Below, one piece after another: positions 9,359-17,723 of a DNA stretch of 64,000 bases. Within the stretch, counting starts at the first letter, position 1; each line of letters starts with the position of its first letter. The position numbers and the translations under genes were made by a program. The notes beneath the pieces are model-generated. The model ran no database searches, was not told the origin of the DNA, and saw only the letters and a program-made list of their open reading frames with translations. This DNA comes from an uncultured Bacilli bacterium (GTDB taxonomy: Bacteria; Bacillota_I; Bacilli_A; RFN20; CAG-826). Location: the NCBI GenBank assembly GCA_944336335.1, contig CALVLC010000029.1, positions 21,844-85,843 of the forward strand, in the 5' to 3' direction.

Positions 9359-11081
9359 TATTATTTTTATAGCCTTCTTCTAATTCTTTTTGTGAAGAAT
9401 ATAAAGCACAATAAGCTCCATTTTTCTTCATCAAAGATTCATGAGTGCCAGATTCGAGTACTTTTCCAGATTCTAAATAATAAATCTTGTCTGCTTTAAC
9501 TACATTGGCTAGCCTGTGGGAAATCAAAATAACAGTATGCTTTTTGGCAATTTCCATTATGTTATTCATAATTATTTCTTCACTATAAGTATCAATATTA
9601 GATGTTGCTTCATCAAAAATATAAATTTCTTTTTCTCTAATGAGGTTAATAGCAAGCGCCAGTCTTTGCTTTTCACCACCTGAGATATTTGTCGAATCTT
9701 CGTTAATTATGGTATCAAGGCCAGATTCTAAATTACTCAAAGAATCTAGTTTCACTTCTTTAAGTGCTTTGGTGATTTCTTCATCAGTAACATTTTCGTT
9801 AGCAAATTTAAAATTATCTCTGATTGAAGAATTAAAAATATATGTATTAGAAGAAATAAACGCCATTTTAGAATAATAAGATTCGCGTGAAAAATTGTCT
9901 AATCTTTTCCCGCCAATCAAAATTTCGCCCGAAGTTACTTCATGTTGTCTTGAAATTAAACTAACTATTGTTGATTTTCCACTTCCTGAATAACCAACAA
10001 TTGCTGTTAATTCATTTGGCTCAAAATCAATGGAGACATCTTTTAAAACGTATTTTTCACTATCTTCATATTTGAAAAATACGTTTTTAAAAGTAATTTT
10101 CCCATTATTTACCTCGTCTTTTCCCCAAACTGGATCTTTGGTTTCTAAAAGAGAACTTATCTTTTTACCAGCACTTACGCCATTCATTGCAACGTGAAAA
10201 GCGCTTCCTAAACTTCTTAATGGTAAGAAAAATTCAACAGCTATTAAAATTAAGAATAATGCAAAAAAAGGACTCAAACCAAAATTTATGGTTTCACTTA
10301 TTGAAAGAGCAATTCCTAATCCTGCACCACCAAAAGCGACTAAATCCATAATCGTTGTGCTAGCAAGTTGCATAACTAGAACTTTCATAGTAATTTTTCT
10401 AAATTCTTCGGATTTTACTTCCATTTTTTTCGCATATTGTCCATCAGTGTTATAGACTTTTAGTTCTTTTAATCCTTGTATGCAATCTAAAAAACTATCT
10501 CCCATTGAGATATATTTTCCCCAATATTTTGCAAAAATTCTTTTTGCGTATTTACTAACAGCTACAATTGAAATTGGAATTAATGGAACACAAACCAATA
10601 AAACCAAACTTACTTTCCAGGAAATAAAAACACTTATTACAAATAGGATAAGTGGAGCTATCATCGAATAGAAAAATTGTGGTAAATAAGTTGAATAATA
10701 TAGGTCAAGTTGTTCGACTCCTTCTAAGCAAACTTGAGTTAACCCAGCAGACTTAACATCGCCTTGACTTCTCGTGCCTAAAGATAAAATTTTAGAATAT
10801 GCTTTTTCTCTAATTTCTTTTTTAACTTCTCTCCCAAGTTTATCTTTCAGTTTGTTAGTAAAGTATGTTGTTAAAAATCTTCCACCAATAACTCCTAAAA
10901 ATCCTAATACGATGTAAACGTAAGTTATAGCATCAGAATTGTTAAAAGCTTCATAAAAAGACAAACAGATTAAAGAAGTAATTCCTATATTAAAAAAGAG
11001 ACCTAAAATCATTAAGGCGACAACAATGAAAATATATTTTTTGCTATTTCCGATTAGTTTAAATAGTTCTTTGTCTATCAT
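9336..11081 (-). CDS. ABC exporter half-transporter (TMD-NBD fusion, CydD/MptA-like)
   Basis: Six-TM domain, Walker A GYSGSGKST, signature ISGGEKQR, Walker B IFDEATS. Overlaps both neighbouring genes. Confidence 0.85.
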   Translation of the reverse strand: MIDKELFKLIGNSKKYIFIVVALMILGLFFNIGITSLICLSFYEAFNNSDAITYVYIVLGFLGVIGGRFLTTYFTNKLKDKLGREVKKEIREKAYSKILSLGTRSQGDVKSAGLTQVCLEGVEQLDLYYSTYLPQFFYSMIAPLILFVISVFISWKVSLVLLVCVPLIPISIVAVSKYAKRIFAKYWGKYISMGDSFLDCIQGLKELKVYNTDGQYAKKMEVKSEEFRKITMKVLVMQLASTTIMDLVAFGGAGLGIALSISETINFGLSPFFALFLILIAVEFFLPLRSLGSAFHVAMNGVSAGKKISSLLETKDPVWGKDEVNNGKITFKNVFFKYEDSEKYVLKDVSIDFEPNELTAIVGYSGSGKSTIVSLISRQHEVTSGEILIGGKRLDNFSRESYYSKMAFISSNTYIFNSSIRDNFKFANENVTDEEITKALKEVKLDSLSNLESGLDTIINEDSTNISGGEKQRLALAINLIREKEIYIFDEATSNIDTYSEEIIMNNIMEIAKKHTVILISHRLANVVKADKIYYLESGKVLESGTHESLMKKNGAYCALYSSQKELEEGYKNNSEVLENA

Positions 11082-11418
11082 TTTTAGCCCTCATTTCTAT
11101 TTTTTTCTTCTCTCTTTTAGTTTCAATCACATGGTTAATTGCAATTATCGGATGGTCGAATAACATTCGAGGACCGCTATATTTCATAACTTTTCTAATC
11201 TTTTCCCTCATTTCAGGCTCGTAACAATGGATCTTACAGTTAGAGCAAAAAGGTTTATTTTTCTTCCAAGGACAAACGCTTCTTCGATATTTAACATAAT
11301 CAAGTAATGCATTGCACTCTTCGCAGAGCTCACCTTTTTTTGTTTTATGGCGTCCATGACAATACTTTTTGATCATGAGTGTAACAACTTCTATCTCTTT
11401 TTCTTTGTCTAAATTCAT
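11059..11418 (-). CDS. YgbA-like 'nitrous oxide-stimulated promoter' family Cys-rich protein
   Basis: Cys/His pattern KKYCHGRH..CEEC..VCPW..PFCSNCKIHCY, typical of this family as I recall it. Confidence 0.65.
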   Translation of the reverse strand: MNLDKEKEIEVVTLMIKKYCHGRHKTKKGELCEECNALLDYVKYRRSVCPWKKNKPFCSNCKIHCYEPEMREKIRKVMKYSGPRMLFDHPIIAINHVIETKREKKKIEMRAKNDRQRTI

Positions 11419-11445
11419 AACAGTTAGTAGTATTTAACTTTAGTT

Positions 11446-11474
11446 ATATTAAACAAAAAAGTTAGTCTTGTCAA
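11446..11474 (-). promoter_or_regulatory. Sigma-A type promoter of the YgbA-ABC-ECF operon (TTGACA-N17-TAATAT)
   Basis: The -35 is at 11474-11469 and the -10 at 11451-11446 on the minus strand. It is embedded in TTAGT/ACTAA and ATATAACTAA repeats. Confidence 0.55.
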
Positions 11475-11577
11475 ACTAAGATTAGTTATATCTAACATGC
11501 ACAAAAATTAAAATAGTTATCGCTTTACAAATTTTCTTCGATTTGAAAAATTTTAATTATCTTTCTTTATTTTCCGA

Positions 11578-12591
11578 CTAGAAAAATCTATTTGCTAACA
11601 AGTCATCTATAATGGCTTCGTATTTATTAACACGTTTTTTTGTGAGAAAATATGCGGTTTTTGCAGTGATGTTTTTATTTTTCTCAATATTTTTAATATC
11701 TATATTCTCTTCTGAAAAAGCTAAAACAAGGTAATCATCTTTAAAAATTAAAATGAATCCGTTTTTAAGTTTTTCATCGATTTTATTTACAGTTTCAATC
11801 ATAAGAGGTTTAACGAATTTAAATCCAGCCATTTTATCAGTAGCATAGAAATTATATTTTTCGTTAGCCCTTATATCTTCAGTTTCAAATTTATTTTCGT
11901 TTTTAAAGACTGACGAAAATGGAGTTAAAAACTTTTTACTTCTTATTTCGACAACGTCGTTTGCACTCTTTCTAAAGTTAGTAAAGACCATAATAGTGCC
12001 TTTAAACTTAGTGTTTACAATACTTTTATCTTTAATTTTGTGTACTGAATTATATATACCAACAAAAGCCGTTCCTAAAACACCAAGTTCAGGTGCTGCT
12101 AAAATAAAAGACATTAATTCTGTTAAATTTGATGAACTAGTAACTTCAACTATAGAAATATTTCGATCTTTTTTAGTAACAAGAATTTTCTCGCCACTTT
12201 TCATTACTTCGAAAGGACAAATATCAAACTCTTTTAATAAATTTGAACTTACTCTACTATATGGATCATAAATTACTTGACCACCAAAAGAAGTTACTAT
12301 TGCTTGTTTTATTAGTTGTTTTTTAATTGCTTGGTCTTTCTTTTTGTCATTTTCTACAAACGTAAAGCAAAAAAGACCCATAATAAATATCATTGAGCCA
12401 AAAGTAATCATTATGACCATTTCAGTTGTGCCGTTAAGAACTAAAAATACTATTCCAAGAGCAAGCATAATTAGCCCAACTAAAGCCATTCCACTAAAAG
12501 CAAAAATTAGTAACTTCGCTTTTAAAGTTAAGACATACTTTTCAGGTAATTTTTCTATTTCTTTATCTGTATAAAACTTGTTTTTATCCAT
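11578..12591 (-). CDS. Membrane-anchored protein (two N-terminal TM helices), DUF3137-like; tandem paralog 1
   Basis: N-terminal double TM hairpin plus a ~230-aa soluble domain. Same architecture as the adjacent gene. Confidence 0.5.
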   Translation of the reverse strand: MDKNKFYTDKEIEKLPEKYVLTLKAKLLIFAFSGMALVGLIMLALGIVFLVLNGTTEMVIMITFGSMIFIMGLFCFTFVENDKKKDQAIKKQLIKQAIVTSFGGQVIYDPYSRVSSNLLKEFDICPFEVMKSGEKILVTKKDRNISIVEVTSSSNLTELMSFILAAPELGVLGTAFVGIYNSVHKIKDKSIVNTKFKGTIMVFTNFRKSANDVVEIRSKKFLTPFSSVFKNENKFETEDIRANEKYNFYATDKMAGFKFVKPLMIETVNKIDEKLKNGFILIFKDDYLVLAFSEENIDIKNIEKNKNITAKTAYFLTKKRVNKYEAIIDDLLANRFF

Positions 12592-12593
12592 AA

Positions 12594-13553
12594 TTATTTA
12601 ACTAAATCATCAATAACTTTGTTCATTGCAAAATATATTTCAGAAAATTTACTGAATGTTTCATAAATTTTTTCATCGTCTCTTTTAAGTATGTCTTTTG
12701 GAGCGACATAAACATCTTTTACAAGTAAATAAGCATTATTTTCTTTTATAAATAAAATCACTTTAAGATTTTTACTTTTCAAATTAAGTAAATCTTTCTT
12801 AATGTTTTCGTTAATTAACTGATAAAATCTCTCATTTTTAAGATAGACATCGAAGTTTTCTAAAAATTCATCGTTACTAGAAACTAAATTTTCTTTTTCA
12901 TAGAACATTGAATGAGAAACATCAGCCGATTTATCACGAATATCAATCGGATTAGATAAATTTAAATTGATATTTTTAATAACAATTGCAACACCTTTAA
13001 AATTTAGATCAATATCGACTTTTTTCTCACCCAAAACAGCATTATTTGAAACCGTAAACATCTCATTAATAAAAGCTTTGTTAGTTTCTAAACTAGTACC
13101 TTTTTGAATATTGATAATTTTAATTTCACTATTTCCGTATTTATAAATGAGATTTTCTGGTCTAACAGTATCAACGCTAACATTTATGACTTCTTCAGTC
13201 ATTAAAAAATTTCTCATAATATCATTATGAGATAATGATTTATATTGATTGTCGCCAAAATTATCAGCAATTAATCTATATAAATATTTTTCGTATAATT
13301 TTTTGTTTAAATTTCTGCCTTTAAAACCAGCAATGAATAATATTATTCCAACTATAAATAAAGGTGCGCCAATATAAAGAAGGACTGGAGTTTCATCAAA
13401 TTGAATGATTCCAATTAAAGCTACAACGAATCCGCCAAATCCACCAAAGAAACCAAAAATAATAAAAGGTATACTTAATTTAAAAATTAAGCGTGGTTTT
13501 GCGAGCTTTTTCTCTTCTTCAAGTGTAAATGGTACGTTTTTATCTTTATTCAT
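12594..13553 (-). CDS. Membrane-anchored protein (two N-terminal TM helices), DUF3137-like; tandem paralog 2
   Basis: Same layout as 11578-12591, with a 2-nt intergenic gap. Confidence 0.5.
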   Translation of the reverse strand: MNKDKNVPFTLEEEKKLAKPRLIFKLSIPFIIFGFFGGFGGFVVALIGIIQFDETPVLLYIGAPLFIVGIILFIAGFKGRNLNKKLYEKYLYRLIADNFGDNQYKSLSHNDIMRNFLMTEEVINVSVDTVRPENLIYKYGNSEIKIINIQKGTSLETNKAFINEMFTVSNNAVLGEKKVDIDLNFKGVAIVIKNINLNLSNPIDIRDKSADVSHSMFYEKENLVSSNDEFLENFDVYLKNERFYQLINENIKKDLLNLKSKNLKVILFIKENNAYLLVKDVYVAPKDILKRDDEKIYETFSKFSEIYFAMNKVIDDLVK

Positions 13554-13600
13554 CTAGAAATATTTTAACATACTTTAGATAAAATACTTCTACTAAAAAA

Positions 13601-14206
13601 TTAAAGAATGGCTGTTATCGCATCAACTAAAAATCTAATAGATAAACCTATGAAAATTAATCCACTAATAAATGGTGCAAATTTTTCAATATATATCCCT
13701 ATCTTTTTACCAAAAAGAATAGTTAAAAATGATAATAAGAAAGTAACAATTCCAATGGTCATAAAGACCATCATGGCGTCAAATATTGCAGGAACTAAAC
13801 CAACAAGAGAAAATCCAACCGACAACGCATCAATTGAAGTTGCTATTGTTTGTAAAAATATTTCTAAAGGTTTTACAGTATCATCAGTTTTACAAACTTC
13901 TCCTTCTGCCGTTGCTCTTTTTCTCTCCTTATATTCTTTAATACCATCAAAAATAGATTTAAGACCTAAAAGGAGCATAACAGCAAAAGCAATCCAAGGA
14001 ATATAAGGTGCAATATAATCATAAACAGCAAAACCAACAAAATAGCCAATTACAGGCATTAAAAATTGTGCAAAGCCAAAACAAAGTGCAATTATAATGC
14101 ACTTTGTTATCTTAATCTTGTGTTCTTTTATTCCATCACTGGCTCCAGTACACATTGCATCTGCAGCCATCGTTATTGCTAAAATTAAACTTTCTAGAAA
14201 ACTCAC
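13601..14206 (-). CDS. mntP: Manganese efflux pump MntP (DUF204 repeat protein)
   Basis: Two internal repeats with LAITMAADAM / IATSIDALSVG motifs. Six TM segments. Confidence 0.85.
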   Translation of the reverse strand: MSFLESLILAITMAADAMCTGASDGIKEHKIKITKCIIIALCFGFAQFLMPVIGYFVGFAVYDYIAPYIPWIAFAVMLLLGLKSIFDGIKEYKERKRATAEGEVCKTDDTVKPLEIFLQTIATSIDALSVGFSLVGLVPAIFDAMMVFMTIGIVTFLLSFLTILFGKKIGIYIEKFAPFISGLIFIGLSIRFLVDAITAIL

Positions 14207-14250
14207 AAATATGATTCTAGTTTAATTTTATGGTTAGAGAAAACTAATAA

Positions 14251-15678
14251 TTAATATGCCTTAGCAAAATAGACAACATATTTTGCTTTTTTGCCACAAA
14301 CTGGGCAAATATCATCAAATTCAACTTGATCAAAAGGCATGCAGCGTGCGGTTGCATTAGTATCTTCTTTAACTTTATTTTCACATTCTTGATTTCCACA
14401 CCACATAGCTTTTGCATATCCACCTTTAGCAACAGTTTCTTTTAATTCATCATAAGTATGAACTTCTTTAATGTTTTCAAGTAAGTTATGTAAAGCTGCA
14501 TTATACATTTCACTATGAACTTTGTTAAATAAATCTTTAACGGTTTCAACAATGTTATCCAAATCATATCTTGCTTTAGTGCCATCATTTCTCTTATGAA
14601 TCATACAAGAATTTTGAGCTAAATCTTTTGGTCCGATTTCAAGTCTTAATGGGACACCTTTCATTTCATATTCAGCAAATTTCCAGCCTGGTGTTTTATC
14701 GCTTGCATCAAGTTTTACCCTAATTCCAGCATTTTCTAAAGTTTCTTGAACTTCTTTACATTTAGCAATGACACCTGCTTCATTCATCTTAATTGGAACA
14801 ATAACAACTTGAATTGGAGCAACAAATGGTGGTAAAACTAGACCATTATCATCGCCATGAACCATAATCAAAGCACCAATCAAACGAGTTGAAACGCCCC
14901 AACTTGTTTGATATGGAGTTTTAATTTTTCCATCTTTATCTAAATATTGAATTCCAAAAGCTTTAGCAAAACCATCACCAAAATAGTGAGTTGTTCCACT
15001 TTGTAAAGCTTTTCCATCATGCATCAAAGCTTCAATAGAATATGTTTCTAAAGCCCCAGCGAATTTTTCTTTTTCAGTTTTTCTTCCCTTAACAAAAGGA
15101 ATAGCAAGTAAATCGCGACCAAGTTTATCATAAATTTCAAGCATTCTAAGAGTTTCTTGTCTAGCTTCATGTTCACTAGCGTGCATTGTATGGCCTTCTT
15201 GCCATAAAAATTCAGAACCTCTTAAAAATGGTCTAGTTGTTTTTTCCCATCTAACAACTGAACACCATTGGTTATAAAGTTTTGGTAAATCTCTATAACT
15301 CTTAATAATATGAGAATAATGTTCACAGAAAACACATTCACTAGTTGGTCTAATAATTAAAGGATCTTGAAGTTCCTGTCCGCCTCCAACAGTAGCCACT
15401 AATGTTTCTGGAGCAAATCCAGCAATATGATCTTTTTCTTTTTGGAATAATGATTCAGAAATAACAAGAGGCATGTAGATATTTTCATGACCAGTCTTTT
15501 CGAATTCTCCATCTAAATATTTTTGTATTTGTTCCCAAATTGCATACCCATAAGGACGATAAATAATAAAGCCTTTAACATTACTATAATCCATTAATTC
15601 AGCTTTTTTACAAACATCGGTATACCATTGAGCAAAATCTTCGTCTCTACTTGTAATTGATTTGTTTTTAATATCCAT
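14251..15678 (-). CDS. proS: Prolyl-tRNA synthetase, archaeal/eukaryote-like type with a C-terminal zinc-binding domain
   Basis: Class II motifs, no INS editing insertion, and a C-terminal CMPF..CPVCGKKAKYVVYFAKAY ending in Tyr. Confidence 0.95.
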   Translation of the reverse strand: MDIKNKSITSRDEDFAQWYTDVCKKAELMDYSNVKGFIIYRPYGYAIWEQIQKYLDGEFEKTGHENIYMPLVISESLFQKEKDHIAGFAPETLVATVGGGQELQDPLIIRPTSECVFCEHYSHIIKSYRDLPKLYNQWCSVVRWEKTTRPFLRGSEFLWQEGHTMHASEHEARQETLRMLEIYDKLGRDLLAIPFVKGRKTEKEKFAGALETYSIEALMHDGKALQSGTTHYFGDGFAKAFGIQYLDKDGKIKTPYQTSWGVSTRLIGALIMVHGDDNGLVLPPFVAPIQVVIVPIKMNEAGVIAKCKEVQETLENAGIRVKLDASDKTPGWKFAEYEMKGVPLRLEIGPKDLAQNSCMIHKRNDGTKARYDLDNIVETVKDLFNKVHSEMYNAALHNLLENIKEVHTYDELKETVAKGGYAKAMWCGNQECENKVKEDTNATARCMPFDQVEFDDICPVCGKKAKYVVYFAKAY

Positions 15679-15686
15679 AATAACTC

Positions 15687-17540
15687 CTATTTTTTATACA
15701 TATTTGATAATTTTTTACTAACTTTTTTCTTAAGTGGTATCAAGACACTGCTTGGTTCATTAAGTACACTTGTTGCAAAAGTATAAATTCCTTTTTTAAC
15801 AAGTAACTCAATTTCTTGCCAGCTACGAGCTTCGTAACTAATAATTGGTTTATTGAATTTAGCCATCTTGTTATAAAGCGCATAGGTGTCTTGAACAGAT
15901 TTGCTTTCAATTTTGAAGTTGTTCGGCAAGTGAGAATTTATAAGGAAACCATCAAACATAGTATAGGTTTTTTCTCTTAAAATATAATCACCTAAATTAA
16001 TATTTAAATACACTTCATATCCACGATCTTTTAATAAACCAATGTGATTCAAGAAAGTCTCTTTAATTGTGTCGCCTTCTTTATCACTATCAATTGGAAT
16101 TAAATCGTTGTTATTCAATATCAATATTAAGTTTAAATTATCAACACCACTCATATGTGGGAAATTTCTAACCATGAATTCTACTTCATTAAATGAAATA
16201 AAATATGCTAGTTTTGTGGTGATATTTTCTTTTTCATCGTTAAATACAGGTATTACATCTTTAACGATTAATGAAGATAATTCTTTAGTTAAATTATATT
16301 TTAAAGCCGAAGCTTTAACTTCATTAATATCTTTAAATATTGATAAACGGGGTTGAACTAACGCGATATATCCGGGGTTCATAACACGGACATTTGCAAT
16401 TCTATAAATACCTAAGAAATTTACAGTTAATAAATTCATACGGATAATTTTTTGAACTTCCATTTTGTATGAATCTTCAATGTTAGCATTTGCCCCAAAT
16501 TCATCTTTATAAACAAGATATTTTCTTTCACCTTCTCTTGCTAATCGATTAAGACGAGTCAAAATATCAACACTTTTAAGGAAATCTTTATCAAGTTTAT
16601 TAATTTGTCCAGCGCTTACAACATAATCATAATAAGTAAATAAACCTCTTACTTCTAATAAATAGTCAATCTTTTTTATTTGTTTTTTTACATCGTTAGT
16701 AATTCGGCCAATCGTTGAAATATTTTTAGTTGAGATTCCGATATCGCTATTTTTATAACTGATTATCACAAGTTCTAAAGGTTCAGTATCACTAAAAACA
16801 TAATAATATTGTTGCCCTTTATTATTGATATTACGGTGTTTATGGTAAATCGCATTTAAAAATTGGTAACGAATTTCATATTCATTATGAGATGAAGGAA
16901 TATTGTTATTTTTATAAAATTTAACTAAATACATCGCACCATACTTAAATTTGTTTTGCATATAAAGATGGTTAATGTCTTTAATTGAATATAGATCGCT
17001 TAATTCATGTTCAATGCCTTGATTAGCCTCAACTGGAAGATTGTATAAGAAATGTGCGTTAAAATATAAAACTTTTTTAGCTTTATTGATCTTTGTGCAG
17101 CAAAGCAATAGTTTAAAAGTGTATTTTAAAATATCCTTTCTTTTTAAATCACCTTCTGAATAATCAAACAAACGAACTGTATCTTCGCTGTCGGCTAAAA
17201 CCTGTCCACTTAAAAGACTTTTTATCCATTTATCGAATTTATTAGCGTCATTTTTATAAAATCTCTTAACAAATTCTTCATAAGGAATCGTATTAAGATT
17301 TTCTAACTTCTTAAAATTAATAATTTTTACAGTTTGATTTTGATAATCAATATAAAGGGCATGTTCTGCATTTAATTCATGTTTTAATTTAATCTCAGAA
17401 TTTTTACTTTTTATAAATCCAACAATATAAATTGCGATTGCAACGAGAATAAAGAAAACAGTAATCGACCAAAAAATTATGGCAAATAGATTGCCATCAC
17501 TAATTGGACTTAAGACGTTTACTGGTAACTTCATGCTCAT
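15687..17540 (-). CDS. Membrane-anchored protein with degenerate GGDEF-like and EAL-like regions
   Basis: One N-terminal TM. The C-terminal region follows the EAL domain block order (LVQPRL ~ QPi; NINLGDY ~ DDFGTGY; IISYEARSWQEIELL ~ vAEGVEt.eq), but the catalytic residues are replaced. Confidence 0.45.
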   Translation of the reverse strand: MSMKLPVNVLSPISDGNLFAIIFWSITVFFILVAIAIYIVGFIKSKNSEIKLKHELNAEHALYIDYQNQTVKIINFKKLENLNTIPYEEFVKRFYKNDANKFDKWIKSLLSGQVLADSEDTVRLFDYSEGDLKRKDILKYTFKLLLCCTKINKAKKVLYFNAHFLYNLPVEANQGIEHELSDLYSIKDINHLYMQNKFKYGAMYLVKFYKNNNIPSSHNEYEIRYQFLNAIYHKHRNINNKGQQYYYVFSDTEPLELVIISYKNSDIGISTKNISTIGRITNDVKKQIKKIDYLLEVRGLFTYYDYVVSAGQINKLDKDFLKSVDILTRLNRLAREGERKYLVYKDEFGANANIEDSYKMEVQKIIRMNLLTVNFLGIYRIANVRVMNPGYIALVQPRLSIFKDINEVKASALKYNLTKELSSLIVKDVIPVFNDEKENITTKLAYFISFNEVEFMVRNFPHMSGVDNLNLILILNNNDLIPIDSDKEGDTIKETFLNHIGLLKDRGYEVYLNINLGDYILREKTYTMFDGFLINSHLPNNFKIESKSVQDTYALYNKMAKFNKPIISYEARSWQEIELLVKKGIYTFATSVLNEPSSVLIPLKKKVSKKLSNMYKK

Positions 17541-17541
17541 A

Positions 17542-17566
17542 TACTTTAGTATTATATACTAAAGTA
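17542..17566. promoter_or_regulatory. 25-bp palindrome TACTTTAGTAT-tat-ATACTAAAGTA abutting the start codon of the EAL-like gene
   Basis: Perfect 11-bp arms. It ends 1 nt from ATG 17540-17538. There is no SD between them. Confidence 0.5.
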
Positions 17567-17723
17567 AATCAACTAAATAGTTTAAAGATTAGCAATTTTA
17601 ATCAATGTTGGACGTAATTTTATAGCAAAATTAACAAGATTTTCCTTAATGAAACACCTTTAAAGAGTTCTAGAAGCAAAAACAAAAAAGAAATTTTCTC
17701 TTCAAAATTCCTAATTTTTAATA

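Noticed and set aside
14207-14250. A yybP-ykoY Mn riboswitch upstream of mntP, and a T-box leader upstream of proS (15679-15686).
   Set aside because: The intergenic spaces are only 44 and 8 bp, too short for either RNA. Both genes appear to be co-transcribed with upstream genes.
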